This document shows, in pieces, positions 40,432-48,436 of a DNA stretch of 64,000 nucleotides. A program made the translations under genes and the position numbers. Each line of letters begins with the position of its first letter. Position 1 is the stretch's first letter. The DNA is from an uncultured Muribaculaceae bacterium (lineage in GTDB: Bacteria > Bacteroidota > Bacteroidia > Bacteroidales > UBA932): positions 94,275 to 158,274 of the forward strand of contig CAYWIW010000001.1 of the NCBI GenBank assembly GCA_964458425.1, written 5' to 3'. The notes below the pieces were generated by a model. That model saw nothing but the letters and a program-made list of their open reading frames with translations, did no database searches and was not told where the DNA came from.

Positions 40432-41703
40432 TTGACAATGAAAAGATTGATAACCGCACTGATAGTTGCGTCGCTCAGTATATCCGCCCTGGCGCAAAGC
40501 GGGCTGAAAACCCGGGAGCCGGAGAGTCACGGAATGGACTCCGGGAAGCTGGCTCAGATTGACAAGGTAGTCGAGAACGCCATAGAGGCCAAAGAGATTC
40601 CCGGTGCCGTGATTTCCGTGGTCAGGGACAACGAAATCGTATTCCTTAAGGCCTACGGCAACAAATCCGTCGTTCCCTACGTCGAGCCGATGGGCAAAGA
40701 AACTGTTTTCGACCTCGCCTCAGTCAGCAAATGCGTTGGAACGACCTTGTCGTTTATGCAGCTGATAGAGAACGGACTCGTCCGTCTGACCGACAACGTA
40801 GAAAGGTACATCCCTGATTTCAAGCCTTGGAAAGACCCGGAGACCGGCGAGACTGTCAACATCACGGTCAGGGATCTTCTGACCCACTCTTCCGGCCTGT
40901 CTCCCTACATCAACACCAACGCCTTTGTCAATGAATACGGCGAGAACAATCCTGACGAACTGGAGAAATACATAGCGACAGCCGTGAAAAGGAATTTCCG
41001 TCCGGGAAGCGATTTTATGTACAGCTGCCTGAATTTCATTACATTACAGAGAATCCTCGAAAAAGTGACAGGTAAGAAGCTCTATGAATATGCCCAGGAA
41101 CACATCTTCGACGTTCTCGGACTAAGACACACCTGCTACTTCCCGTTAGCCTCCGATCCGGCAGCCGCAAACGCCTCTGAGCTGAAGTCGCTCTGCGCTC
41201 CTACCGAGGTTCAGGCAGACGGAAAGCCTTTGCTCGCACAGGTTCACGACCCGATCGCGCGCAGGGTAATGAGCGGCAACTCCGGCAACGCCGGGGTGTT
41301 CTCCAATGCCGGGGATCTCTCCGTGATCTGCGCTGCCATTATGAACGGCGGCGCCCTTTCGGACAAAAAGGGCAGACCGCTGGAGCGCACAAGAATACTC
41401 AGCCCGGCCACAGTCCGCCTGATGACCACGGTCCCAAGCGAGAACGACCCTTCGGTAGGCCGCGCCCTCGGATGGGACAAGAACAGCAGCCACAGCGGTT
41501 TGCGAGGCGACCTGTTCAATCCGGAGACCACGATTATGCACACAGGCTACACCGGTACGTCAATCGTGATGGATCTGGAAAGCAAGACGGCCATCGTGCT
41601 GCTGACCAACAGGGTTCACCCTAAGGACAAAGGCGCGGTAGGAAGGCTGCGGGCGCTGGTCTCCAACATCGTGGCGGGTTCAATCGTCGAGACAAGGGAA
41701 TAA
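40432..41703 (+). CDS. Serine hydrolase, beta-lactamase/AmpC-like family, secreted
   Basis: FDLASVSK (SxxK), DLLTHSSGL, FMYSCLNF, GNAGVFS, HTGYTG, LLTNRVHP. Confidence 0.9.
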   Translation: MTMKRLITALIVASLSISALAQSGLKTREPESHGMDSGKLAQIDKVVENAIEAKEIPGAVISVVRDNEIVFLKAYGNKSVVPYVEPMGKETVFDLASVSKCVGTTLSFMQLIENGLVRLTDNVERYIPDFKPWKDPETGETVNITVRDLLTHSSGLSPYINTNAFVNEYGENNPDELEKYIATAVKRNFRPGSDFMYSCLNFITLQRILEKVTGKKLYEYAQEHIFDVLGLRHTCYFPLASDPAAANASELKSLCAPTEVQADGKPLLAQVHDPIARRVMSGNSGNAGVFSNAGDLSVICAAIMNGGALSDKKGRPLERTRILSPATVRLMTTVPSENDPSVGRALGWDKNSSHSGLRGDLFNPETTIMHTGYTGTSIVMDLESKTAIVLLTNRVHPKDKGAVGRLRALVSNIVAGSIVETRE

Positions 41704-41809
41704 GCGAGTCCGGACTGAGGTCCGGCGATAAACATAAGAAGCTGTTTTGACAGCAGGCAACCGCACGCCTGCGAAAGTTGAATCGGCATATTCGCATAAC
41801 AAATAAGAA

Positions 41810-42232
41810 ATGTACACATTCAAGCAGGATGGCGACAGGTTTGTCGTCAGCATTGACAACCATCGTAATCTCGTGGAGACGCTCGCGGCGTTCTGCCAGG
41901 AGCAAGGAATACTCGCCGGAGAGGTCAGCGGCATCGGAGCCGTGAACAGCGCCACGCTCAGGTTCCTCAACCCGGCGACAAAGGCCTACGTTGACAAGAC
42001 ATTCGATGAGCAGATGGAAATCTCCAGCCTTACAGGCAACATTTCCGAGAAAGACGGAAAGGTTTATCTTCACCTTCACGCCAATTTCGGGCGCGAGGAC
42101 TATACCGTTGTCGGAGGGCATCTGCTCGAAACCACAATCAACGGAGCCTGCGAGGTGTTCGTCAGACGCTACAACTGCAAGGTCGGCCGCCACTTCGACG
42201 AAGAGACGGGACTGAATCTCTACACCCTGTAG
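41810..42232 (+). CDS. PPC/DUF296 domain protein
   Basis: GIGAV, EISSLTGNIS, YLHLHANFG, VVGGHL. Confidence 0.9.
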   Translation: MYTFKQDGDRFVVSIDNHRNLVETLAAFCQEQGILAGEVSGIGAVNSATLRFLNPATKAYVDKTFDEQMEISSLTGNISEKDGKVYLHLHANFGREDYTVVGGHLLETTINGACEVFVRRYNCKVGRHFDEETGLNLYTL

Positions 42233-42239
42233 CCTGTAG

Positions 42240-43286
42240 ATGGACAGAATCAACATCGTGGGCTGTCCCCTGGAGGAAGTCGGGAACCACCTCGGAGACT
42301 ACGGGAGCATATTCATAATCCACGACCGCAATGTCGGCTGTGTCGTGGAAAGACTTGGTGTCAGGGCGGAAGGGACATTCCGGATTGAGGCCTCCGAAGA
42401 AAAGAAGACTCTTGCCACAGTCGCGGCCATCGAGGAATGGCTGTTGGAAAAAGGCGCTGACAGAGAGGCTTTTGTGCTTGGAGTCGGAGGAGGGATCACC
42501 ACTGACATCACCGGCTTCGCCGCATCGGTCTACAAGCGCGGGGTCAGGTTCGGCTTCGTCCCTACCACCCTGTTGTCGCAGGTTGACGCGGCCATCGGCG
42601 GAAAGAACGGAGTGAACCTTGACTCCTACAAGAACATCATAGGAGTGATACGCCAGCCGGAGATGACCTTCATCTGCCCGGAGGCTCTGGAGACCCTGTC
42701 CTACAAACAAATCCTTTCAGGAGCGGCAGAATTGCTCAAAACATTCATAATCAGCAACGAAAGCAAGGAATATGAAAGAGCTGTGAATATGCTCTCGGAC
42801 ATCCGTACCCAAGCCGCCGGAGGGAGTGCAGAGACAGCGGTCAGAGAGCGTTCCGCCCTGCTGCGCGAGCTGATTTCCGCCGCGGCCAAGGTAAAGGCCG
42901 GAATAGCGGGCCGTGACCCCGATGAGCGCGGAGAACGCCGTCTGCTTAACCTCGGACACACTTTCGCCCACGCTATCGAGAAGAATTCCGGAGAGACAGT
43001 CGCGCACGGGACAGCCGTGTCGATGGGCATCATTATGGCAGCAAGACTGTCAGAAGCCCTTGGACTGGCTGACGGACTGGCCAGGCGGCTCGAATCCGAT
43101 TTCATTTCCTGCGGCCTGCCCGTGGAGAGCCCATACAGTGTACGCACCCTCGCTGACGCGATGAAGAAAGACAAGAAAGCCGACGGGGATTTTGTCCACT
43201 TCGTGCTGCCATTAGGCATCGGCAAGGTAGAGACAAGGGAGCTTAAAGTCGAGGAGGCGGTCATCGCGCTTCAAGGAAGCGACTGA
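42240..43286 (+). CDS. aroB: 3-dehydroquinate synthase
   Basis: GGGITTDITGF, PTTLLSQVDAAIGGKNGVN, AELLK, LNLGHTFAHAIE, AHG, DKK. Confidence 0.95.
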   Translation: MDRINIVGCPLEEVGNHLGDYGSIFIIHDRNVGCVVERLGVRAEGTFRIEASEEKKTLATVAAIEEWLLEKGADREAFVLGVGGGITTDITGFAASVYKRGVRFGFVPTTLLSQVDAAIGGKNGVNLDSYKNIIGVIRQPEMTFICPEALETLSYKQILSGAAELLKTFIISNESKEYERAVNMLSDIRTQAAGGSAETAVRERSALLRELISAAAKVKAGIAGRDPDERGERRLLNLGHTFAHAIEKNSGETVAHGTAVSMGIIMAARLSEALGLADGLARRLESDFISCGLPVESPYSVRTLADAMKKDKKADGDFVHFVLPLGIGKVETRELKVEEAVIALQGSD

Positions 43287-43384
43287 ATCACATCCTAAAC
43301 GGGCTTTTTTCTCGTACGGCGATCAGACAAACAAACTGATTCCAAGGCCGATTATCGCATTAGGAATCAAAACCGAACACATTT

Positions 43385-45538
43385 ATGATTTGCACCACAA
43401 TCCAGAACCGAAATCTGGAAGAGATAATTAACCTGCTGGAAAACAGCGACCCACGTATTCAGATGGCCGAGATTCGGTTAGACCGATGCCCTCTCGGAAT
43501 CGAGGAGATCGAGTGTCTGTTCTCTTCTTCGGACACCCCGCTGGTGGCCACCTGTCGTGTCGCAGATGACGGAGACGGCAGCTGGGAAGAGGCGGAAAGC
43601 AAACTGACCGCGGCTGTGGAGGCCGGGGCGGCCTTTATGGATCTTGAGATTGAAGCTCCCAAGGAAATCGGGAAAAGATTGCGCAGGGCTTGCACCGAGT
43701 ATGGCACCACAATGATCCGCTCAAGCCATTTCTTTGCCGGGACACCTTCTGATGACGTGCTCAGGAGAACAGTGGAGAAATGCAGGAAGTTCGGCGGCGA
43801 GATTGTGAAAATCGTCACTATGGCCAAGTCCGAGGAGGATGTCGCAAGGGTGCTAGGGCTTTATTCCACGGCTCAGCACCTGCCACAGACATCTCTTGAG
43901 GCCGCCAACGGCAGAGACTCACAAATCATTGACGGTCAAGAGTTCCAACAGCCAAGACAGTCAGACGAAAGAAAGCGGGCTACTGAGCTTGTCGCATTTG
44001 CGATGGGAGAGACCGGGAAGCGCAGCCGATTGGAGTGCCTGAGGCTGGGCAGCCCGTTCACTTACGCCGCGCTCAACGACGAAGAGGCGGCGGCTCCGGG
44101 ACAGTGGTCATATTCAGAGATGCTCGACGAAGTGTACGGTTCCAGAAAACCGCTTCACAGTGACACTGCGTTGGATATGCCGGCCTCGAAGAGTTTTGCC
44201 CAGCGCGCCATCATCGCCGCCGCCCTCGCCGAGGGAGAATCGAGGCTCGGCCGCTACTCTTCCTGCGGTGACAACGATGCAGCCGTAGAGGTCGCAAAGG
44301 CTTTGGGAGCCACGGTCAGAGTAGAAGGTTCATCGCTGATAATCAAAGGCATAGGTTCATCATCCAGAGAGTTTCCCGACAAGCTGAATGTCGGGGAGTC
44401 CGGCCTTCTTACCAGACTGATGATTCCTCTGGCAGCCGCGCTCGGAAACGGTAAACAGACAGGAATCGACGGCATCGGAACACTTCCGGACAGGCCGCTG
44501 AAAGGAGCGGCGGAGATAATGGCCGGATTCGGCACAATCCTGAGGCCGCTGAACCCGGCGCCGGAAGTCCACGTCCCTCTGACCGTGCAAGGCCCCCTGC
44601 TCTCGGGCAAGGCCAACATCTCAGGCAAGGGAGGATCGCAGCTCATCTCCGGCCTTTTGATGGCGCTGCCGCTCCTTCAGGGAGAATCGACACTGCATAT
44701 TCACGACCCCAAGAGCATTCCGTATATGTTCATAACTGCGGATGTCCTGCGACGCTTCGGAATCAGAATCGGCAGCGAGATGGAAGGAGGAGAAGACTTT
44801 CTTGAGACCCAAGACTGGAGCCTGTGCAGCGGGGTTACATTCAAGATAAAGGGAGGACAGAAGTATTCGGCCGCCTGCTTCGACATTGAGGGCGACTGGA
44901 GCGCCGCCGCCAACTTTCTGGTGGCCGGAGCGTTGTTCGGGGATGTCAGGCTGACCGGTCTCGACACGACCTCACTGCAAGCCGACATCTCGATAATGGA
45001 CATCCTGATGGAAGCCGGGGCCAGTCTCTCACAGACCAACGATGGCCCTACGGACGGCGAATCATCAGATGAAGAGGAAACCGGCGGCACACAGAACGGG
45101 CGCGGTGTCATCACGGCACAGAAAGCCCCTCTGCGCGCGTTTGACACCGATCTCAACAACTGTCCCGACCTGTTCCCTATTGTCTCCGTCCTCGCCGCTT
45201 CCTGCCACGGACGTAGTAATATTCAGGGATTCAAGAGGTTGGCAAGCAAGGAAAGCGACCGCGGGACGGCGATTCTGAATATGCTCACCCAGATGGGCGT
45301 GGAAGCTTCCGCAGCCGGGGACACCCTTTCAATCGTCGGCGAATCCGTCGAGAGCCGCCTGCTGAACGGGCATCTTCTGAGGGGCGGTGAATATACCTCC
45401 TCGCGCGACCACCGTATGGCTATGGCCCTGACCGTTGCCTCCTGGTGCGCCGACTCACCCATCCTCATCGACGACATCGGCTGCATCGCCAAATCCTTCC
45501 CCGCTTTCCTCCCCACCTACCGCCGCCTGCTGCCATAG
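43385..45538 (+). CDS. aroA: Bifunctional type I 3-dehydroquinate dehydratase (AroD) / EPSP synthase (AroA) fusion
   Basis: N-terminal AEIRLD, ATCR, DLE, SSH, VKIV, MG, APGQ; C-terminal PASKSFAQRA, RP, DWSAA, CPD, KESDR, DHRMAM, KSFP. Confidence 0.92.
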   Translation: MICTTIQNRNLEEIINLLENSDPRIQMAEIRLDRCPLGIEEIECLFSSSDTPLVATCRVADDGDGSWEEAESKLTAAVEAGAAFMDLEIEAPKEIGKRLRRACTEYGTTMIRSSHFFAGTPSDDVLRRTVEKCRKFGGEIVKIVTMAKSEEDVARVLGLYSTAQHLPQTSLEAANGRDSQIIDGQEFQQPRQSDERKRATELVAFAMGETGKRSRLECLRLGSPFTYAALNDEEAAAPGQWSYSEMLDEVYGSRKPLHSDTALDMPASKSFAQRAIIAAALAEGESRLGRYSSCGDNDAAVEVAKALGATVRVEGSSLIIKGIGSSSREFPDKLNVGESGLLTRLMIPLAAALGNGKQTGIDGIGTLPDRPLKGAAEIMAGFGTILRPLNPAPEVHVPLTVQGPLLSGKANISGKGGSQLISGLLMALPLLQGESTLHIHDPKSIPYMFITADVLRRFGIRIGSEMEGGEDFLETQDWSLCSGVTFKIKGGQKYSAACFDIEGDWSAAANFLVAGALFGDVRLTGLDTTSLQADISIMDILMEAGASLSQTNDGPTDGESSDEEETGGTQNGRGVITAQKAPLRAFDTDLNNCPDLFPIVSVLAASCHGRSNIQGFKRLASKESDRGTAILNMLTQMGVEASAAGDTLSIVGESVESRLLNGHLLRGGEYTSSRDHRMAMALTVASWCADSPILIDDIGCIAKSFPAFLPTYRRLLP

Positions 45539-45608
45539 AGCGTCAACGCTCTCAATGTGACATTGGGCACTAAATGTAATCACTTGTAAACAATAAGTTC
45601 CCGCCTAC

Positions 45609-45682
45609 GCTACAGCCCCGGCAGGAATAAGCAAGCGACTCTTCTGTAGCCGGTCGCTTTTACGTGCGCACGCTTCTGCGTG
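45609..45682. ncRNA. Candidate structured RNA (pseudoknot plus hairpin) upstream of the rpn gene
   Basis: Two interleaved perfect 7-bp helices, GCTACAG/CTGTAGC and AAGCGAC/GTCGCTT, plus the hairpin CACGC-TTCT-GCGTG. Confidence 0.4.
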
Positions 45683-45841
45683 TCAAGATGCCCAAAGCGT
45701 CGCCGGGATGACGGCAATAATAATTTGTCCAGCAGCCAAAAGAAAAGATTTTTCTGTTTCTTATGATTCCGATACGTTTCTTTTCGTTTTTTACGTTTAC
45801 TGTGCATATTATCGCGGCCTAAACTTTAACGCGATATTGAT

Positions 45842-46744
45842 ATGTTTAATGAAAGACAAAACCGTGAAAGGCCGGCTCCGTTCGTGGATCTTCGGAGCGA
45901 CGCCGGATTCAAGGCCGTTCTGGCCGACAGGAACAACAAGGACATCCTCATCGGGGTTCTGAACCTGATTCTGCCTGCCGAGGCGAGGGTGGAGGACATC
46001 ATCGAATACTCCGACCGTGAGCAGCGCCGGGATGTGATCTACGGGAAGAAGACAGTGCTGGACCTGGTCTGCGTGGATCAGAGGGGGAGGACGTTCATCG
46101 TGGAGATGCAGTCCTCCCCTGAGGACAGGTTCTTCGAGAGGTGCGTCTATTACGCCTCTGGACTCTACCACCTTGAATTGTCGGACGGGGATGAGTACGA
46201 GGGTCTGCGGCCTGTCTATGTCGTTTCCTTCCTGGATTACCGGCTGCGGCACGAAGACGAGTCGCTGTGGGACACGGACAGGTTCATCTCCCACTGGCGT
46301 TTCATCGAAAATCGTACGGGAGAGGTTGCGGATCAGACAATTAGTGTTATCTTTGTGGAGATGGCGCTGTTCACCAAGAGTGCCGGGGAGTGCGTGACGG
46401 AGTCCGACAGGCTGTTCTACATATTCAGGAACGGCGGCGGGTTCGAGCGTATCCCGGAGTGGATCGAGGAGTCCGGCGGGGTGTCGCGGAGGCTCGCCGA
46501 GGCCTGCGAGGTGGCCGCGTTCAGCAAGGAGAAGAAACTAAAATACGAGATTGAGAAGATGAACGAGAGAGACATCAGGGCGCAGCGGGCGTATGCAGTG
46601 CGTGTGGGCCGAGAGGAAGCCCGACAAGAAGAAAAAGCCTCAATAGCCAAGAAACTGTTTGAGGCCGGCATTCCGATTGATGTGATTGTCAGCTGCACCG
46701 GCATAGACCAGACTGCCGCCGAGGCCTTGTCCGAACGTTCCTGA
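45842..46744 (+). CDS. Rpn family recombination-promoting nuclease / putative transposase (PD-(D/E)XK)
   Basis: DLRSDAGFKAVL, LDLVCVD..GRTFIVEMQ, ERCVYYAS, PVYVVSFL, FVEM, C-terminal IAKKL..GIPIDVIVSCTG. Confidence 0.93.
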   Translation: MFNERQNRERPAPFVDLRSDAGFKAVLADRNNKDILIGVLNLILPAEARVEDIIEYSDREQRRDVIYGKKTVLDLVCVDQRGRTFIVEMQSSPEDRFFERCVYYASGLYHLELSDGDEYEGLRPVYVVSFLDYRLRHEDESLWDTDRFISHWRFIENRTGEVADQTISVIFVEMALFTKSAGECVTESDRLFYIFRNGGGFERIPEWIEESGGVSRRLAEACEVAAFSKEKKLKYEIEKMNERDIRAQRAYAVRVGREEARQEEKASIAKKLFEAGIPIDVIVSCTGIDQTAAEALSERS

Positions 46745-47077
46745 GCGGCTGTCTGATAGCGTCTTAGAAACCACGGCCAAGCCGAGGGACTTTAAGTGTT
46801 CACTTAGATGATGTTGATGAGGCTGACCCTATACCTGCGATATATGATCAGCCTCAGTTTCCGCATCCGCTTTCGTAACCGCTAAGACATACCGTTATGC
46901 AGCTCTATGGTGATCACACAAAAAAACACGCAAATCCAGAAATCAGGATATGATGACGCAACCCTGTAGCAGCGTTCAACGACACGGATTGTACCACAGC
47001 CCGAATTTCGTCTTAGGAATACCCTGAAGATGACGGAAAGGATATAACTGCCCACTAATTATTTAAAGTCATAACAG

Positions 47078-47323
47078 TTAAGCACTTAAACCAGTCGAGA
47101 AAGGATATGCTAAAAAGTGTATTCTATGAGGATAGTTTGATATAAAGAATGCAAGTCTCCTATCTATCCTCGCCATTTTTTTCATTTCTCTCCTGACATA
47201 ATCCACTGTGACCGCAAAACCATAATGGTCATGCAGCTCTTTGGTGATTTCTTTCGCAGACATTTTAATTCCTGGTCCGGATCTTAATACATCTAAACCA
47301 GCCAATTGAAGTCTTGAACACAT
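47078..47323 (-). CDS. Small hypothetical protein, winged-helix-like
   Basis: MSAKEITKELHDHYGFAVTVDYVRREMKKM looks like an HTH; lies directly after the FRG gene and in the same frame. Confidence 0.45.
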   Translation of the reverse strand: MCSRLQLAGLDVLRSGPGIKMSAKEITKELHDHYGFAVTVDYVRREMKKMARIDRRLAFFISNYPHRIHFLAYPFSTGLSA

Positions 47324-47341
47324 CGACAACGCAATTAAATA

Positions 47342-48307
47342 TTATCCATAATTCTTCATTACTTTATTAAGCGCATCAATGGAAATGCTACGCTCATCTG
47401 GAAAGTATTTATGTTTACCTGCTTCGATTGACGGTATATCAAGATATCCCAAAGCCCGTTCTAATAAACCTTTATGGATATCGACACAAGAAAGGTATTT
47501 CCTATTATCATCCTTAAACAATTCTTCAAGTGGTCTACTACCATCCATATTACAAATGAACTCACCATCTTGTGCAGTTGAGTTCATATTAGCGATGGTA
47601 AAGATTGAGATGAGCCTTTTGTCTTTATTCTCAATGCTGGATGACGAATTATAAGTCGGGATCATCAAAAGTGTTTTATGCTCCTTAAGCATTTTTTCAT
47701 AAGTGAAAGAATCCCAGAACTTTGCCCCCTTGTATTTCCGGAATCTTTGAGCCTTTTTCTTTGCTAATGACACTATACTAGGCGCAAACTGTGCGGCATC
47801 AACTCCTTTATATGAGTACAAGGAGACATAGTTACTTAGCTCACTATTGTCTCGTTGTCTTAATCGGCTGTCATAATATGCGAAATACAATGCCGTTTTG
47901 AATTTCTTTGAAAAATCTATCAAAGGCGAGATTGATTCGTGGTGCTGCAAGTATGACAACACAAGCCAATCATTCATCACAACGCCTAAACGGTTCATAT
48001 AACAGCGAAACAAATTGTCTTTGCTTTGCATTTCCTTAATAAGATCACAAATGAGATCATCATACTGAAGCCCAGTATGATTCAAGCCTCGTTCAATATA
48101 GAACCGCTGAGCCGAAGTGAACAGTTTATATCGTGCATCGGAAACTCCTCTGAAAACATATCGTTCTTTAATTTTTGACTCATTCTTTTCAGATTCTTCA
48201 TATAAAGCCCCAAACTGTTCCGGCGTATTAACCATCCTATAATTAGCGAAGAATTTTTTCTTATCCTCTGCCGATTCATACTCCTGTAATCTCATTTTCG
48301 CACTCAA
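47342..48307 (-). CDS. FRG domain-containing protein
   Basis: YVFRGVS...LFTS and LQHHESISPLIDFS..ALYFA match FRG-family motifs; AT-rich. Confidence 0.85.
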   Translation of the reverse strand: MSAKMRLQEYESAEDKKKFFANYRMVNTPEQFGALYEESEKNESKIKERYVFRGVSDARYKLFTSAQRFYIERGLNHTGLQYDDLICDLIKEMQSKDNLFRCYMNRLGVVMNDWLVLSYLQHHESISPLIDFSKKFKTALYFAYYDSRLRQRDNSELSNYVSLYSYKGVDAAQFAPSIVSLAKKKAQRFRKYKGAKFWDSFTYEKMLKEHKTLLMIPTYNSSSSIENKDKRLISIFTIANMNSTAQDGEFICNMDGSRPLEELFKDDNRKYLSCVDIHKGLLERALGYLDIPSIEAGKHKYFPDERSISIDALNKVMKNYG

Positions 48308-48436
48308 TTATTCTTTAAACAGGGATAATCTTCGTCATCTCTTTACATATTTAATTGAACACCGTACAATCATTAAATGAAGCGAGAGCATTTGAAGATT
48401 ACCCTGCTTAAAGCATCATATTAATCAAATCTGTTT

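Noticed and set aside
45553-45565. CAATGT-G-ACATTG inverted repeat at the left island edge
   Set aside because: No matching site found at the right edge, so it cannot be called an att or recombination site.
46750-47070. Short stop-interrupted reading frames and a GAGGCTGA/TCAGCCTC hairpin after rpn
   Set aside because: Probably a gene remnant, but I could not assign it to any family from sequence alone.
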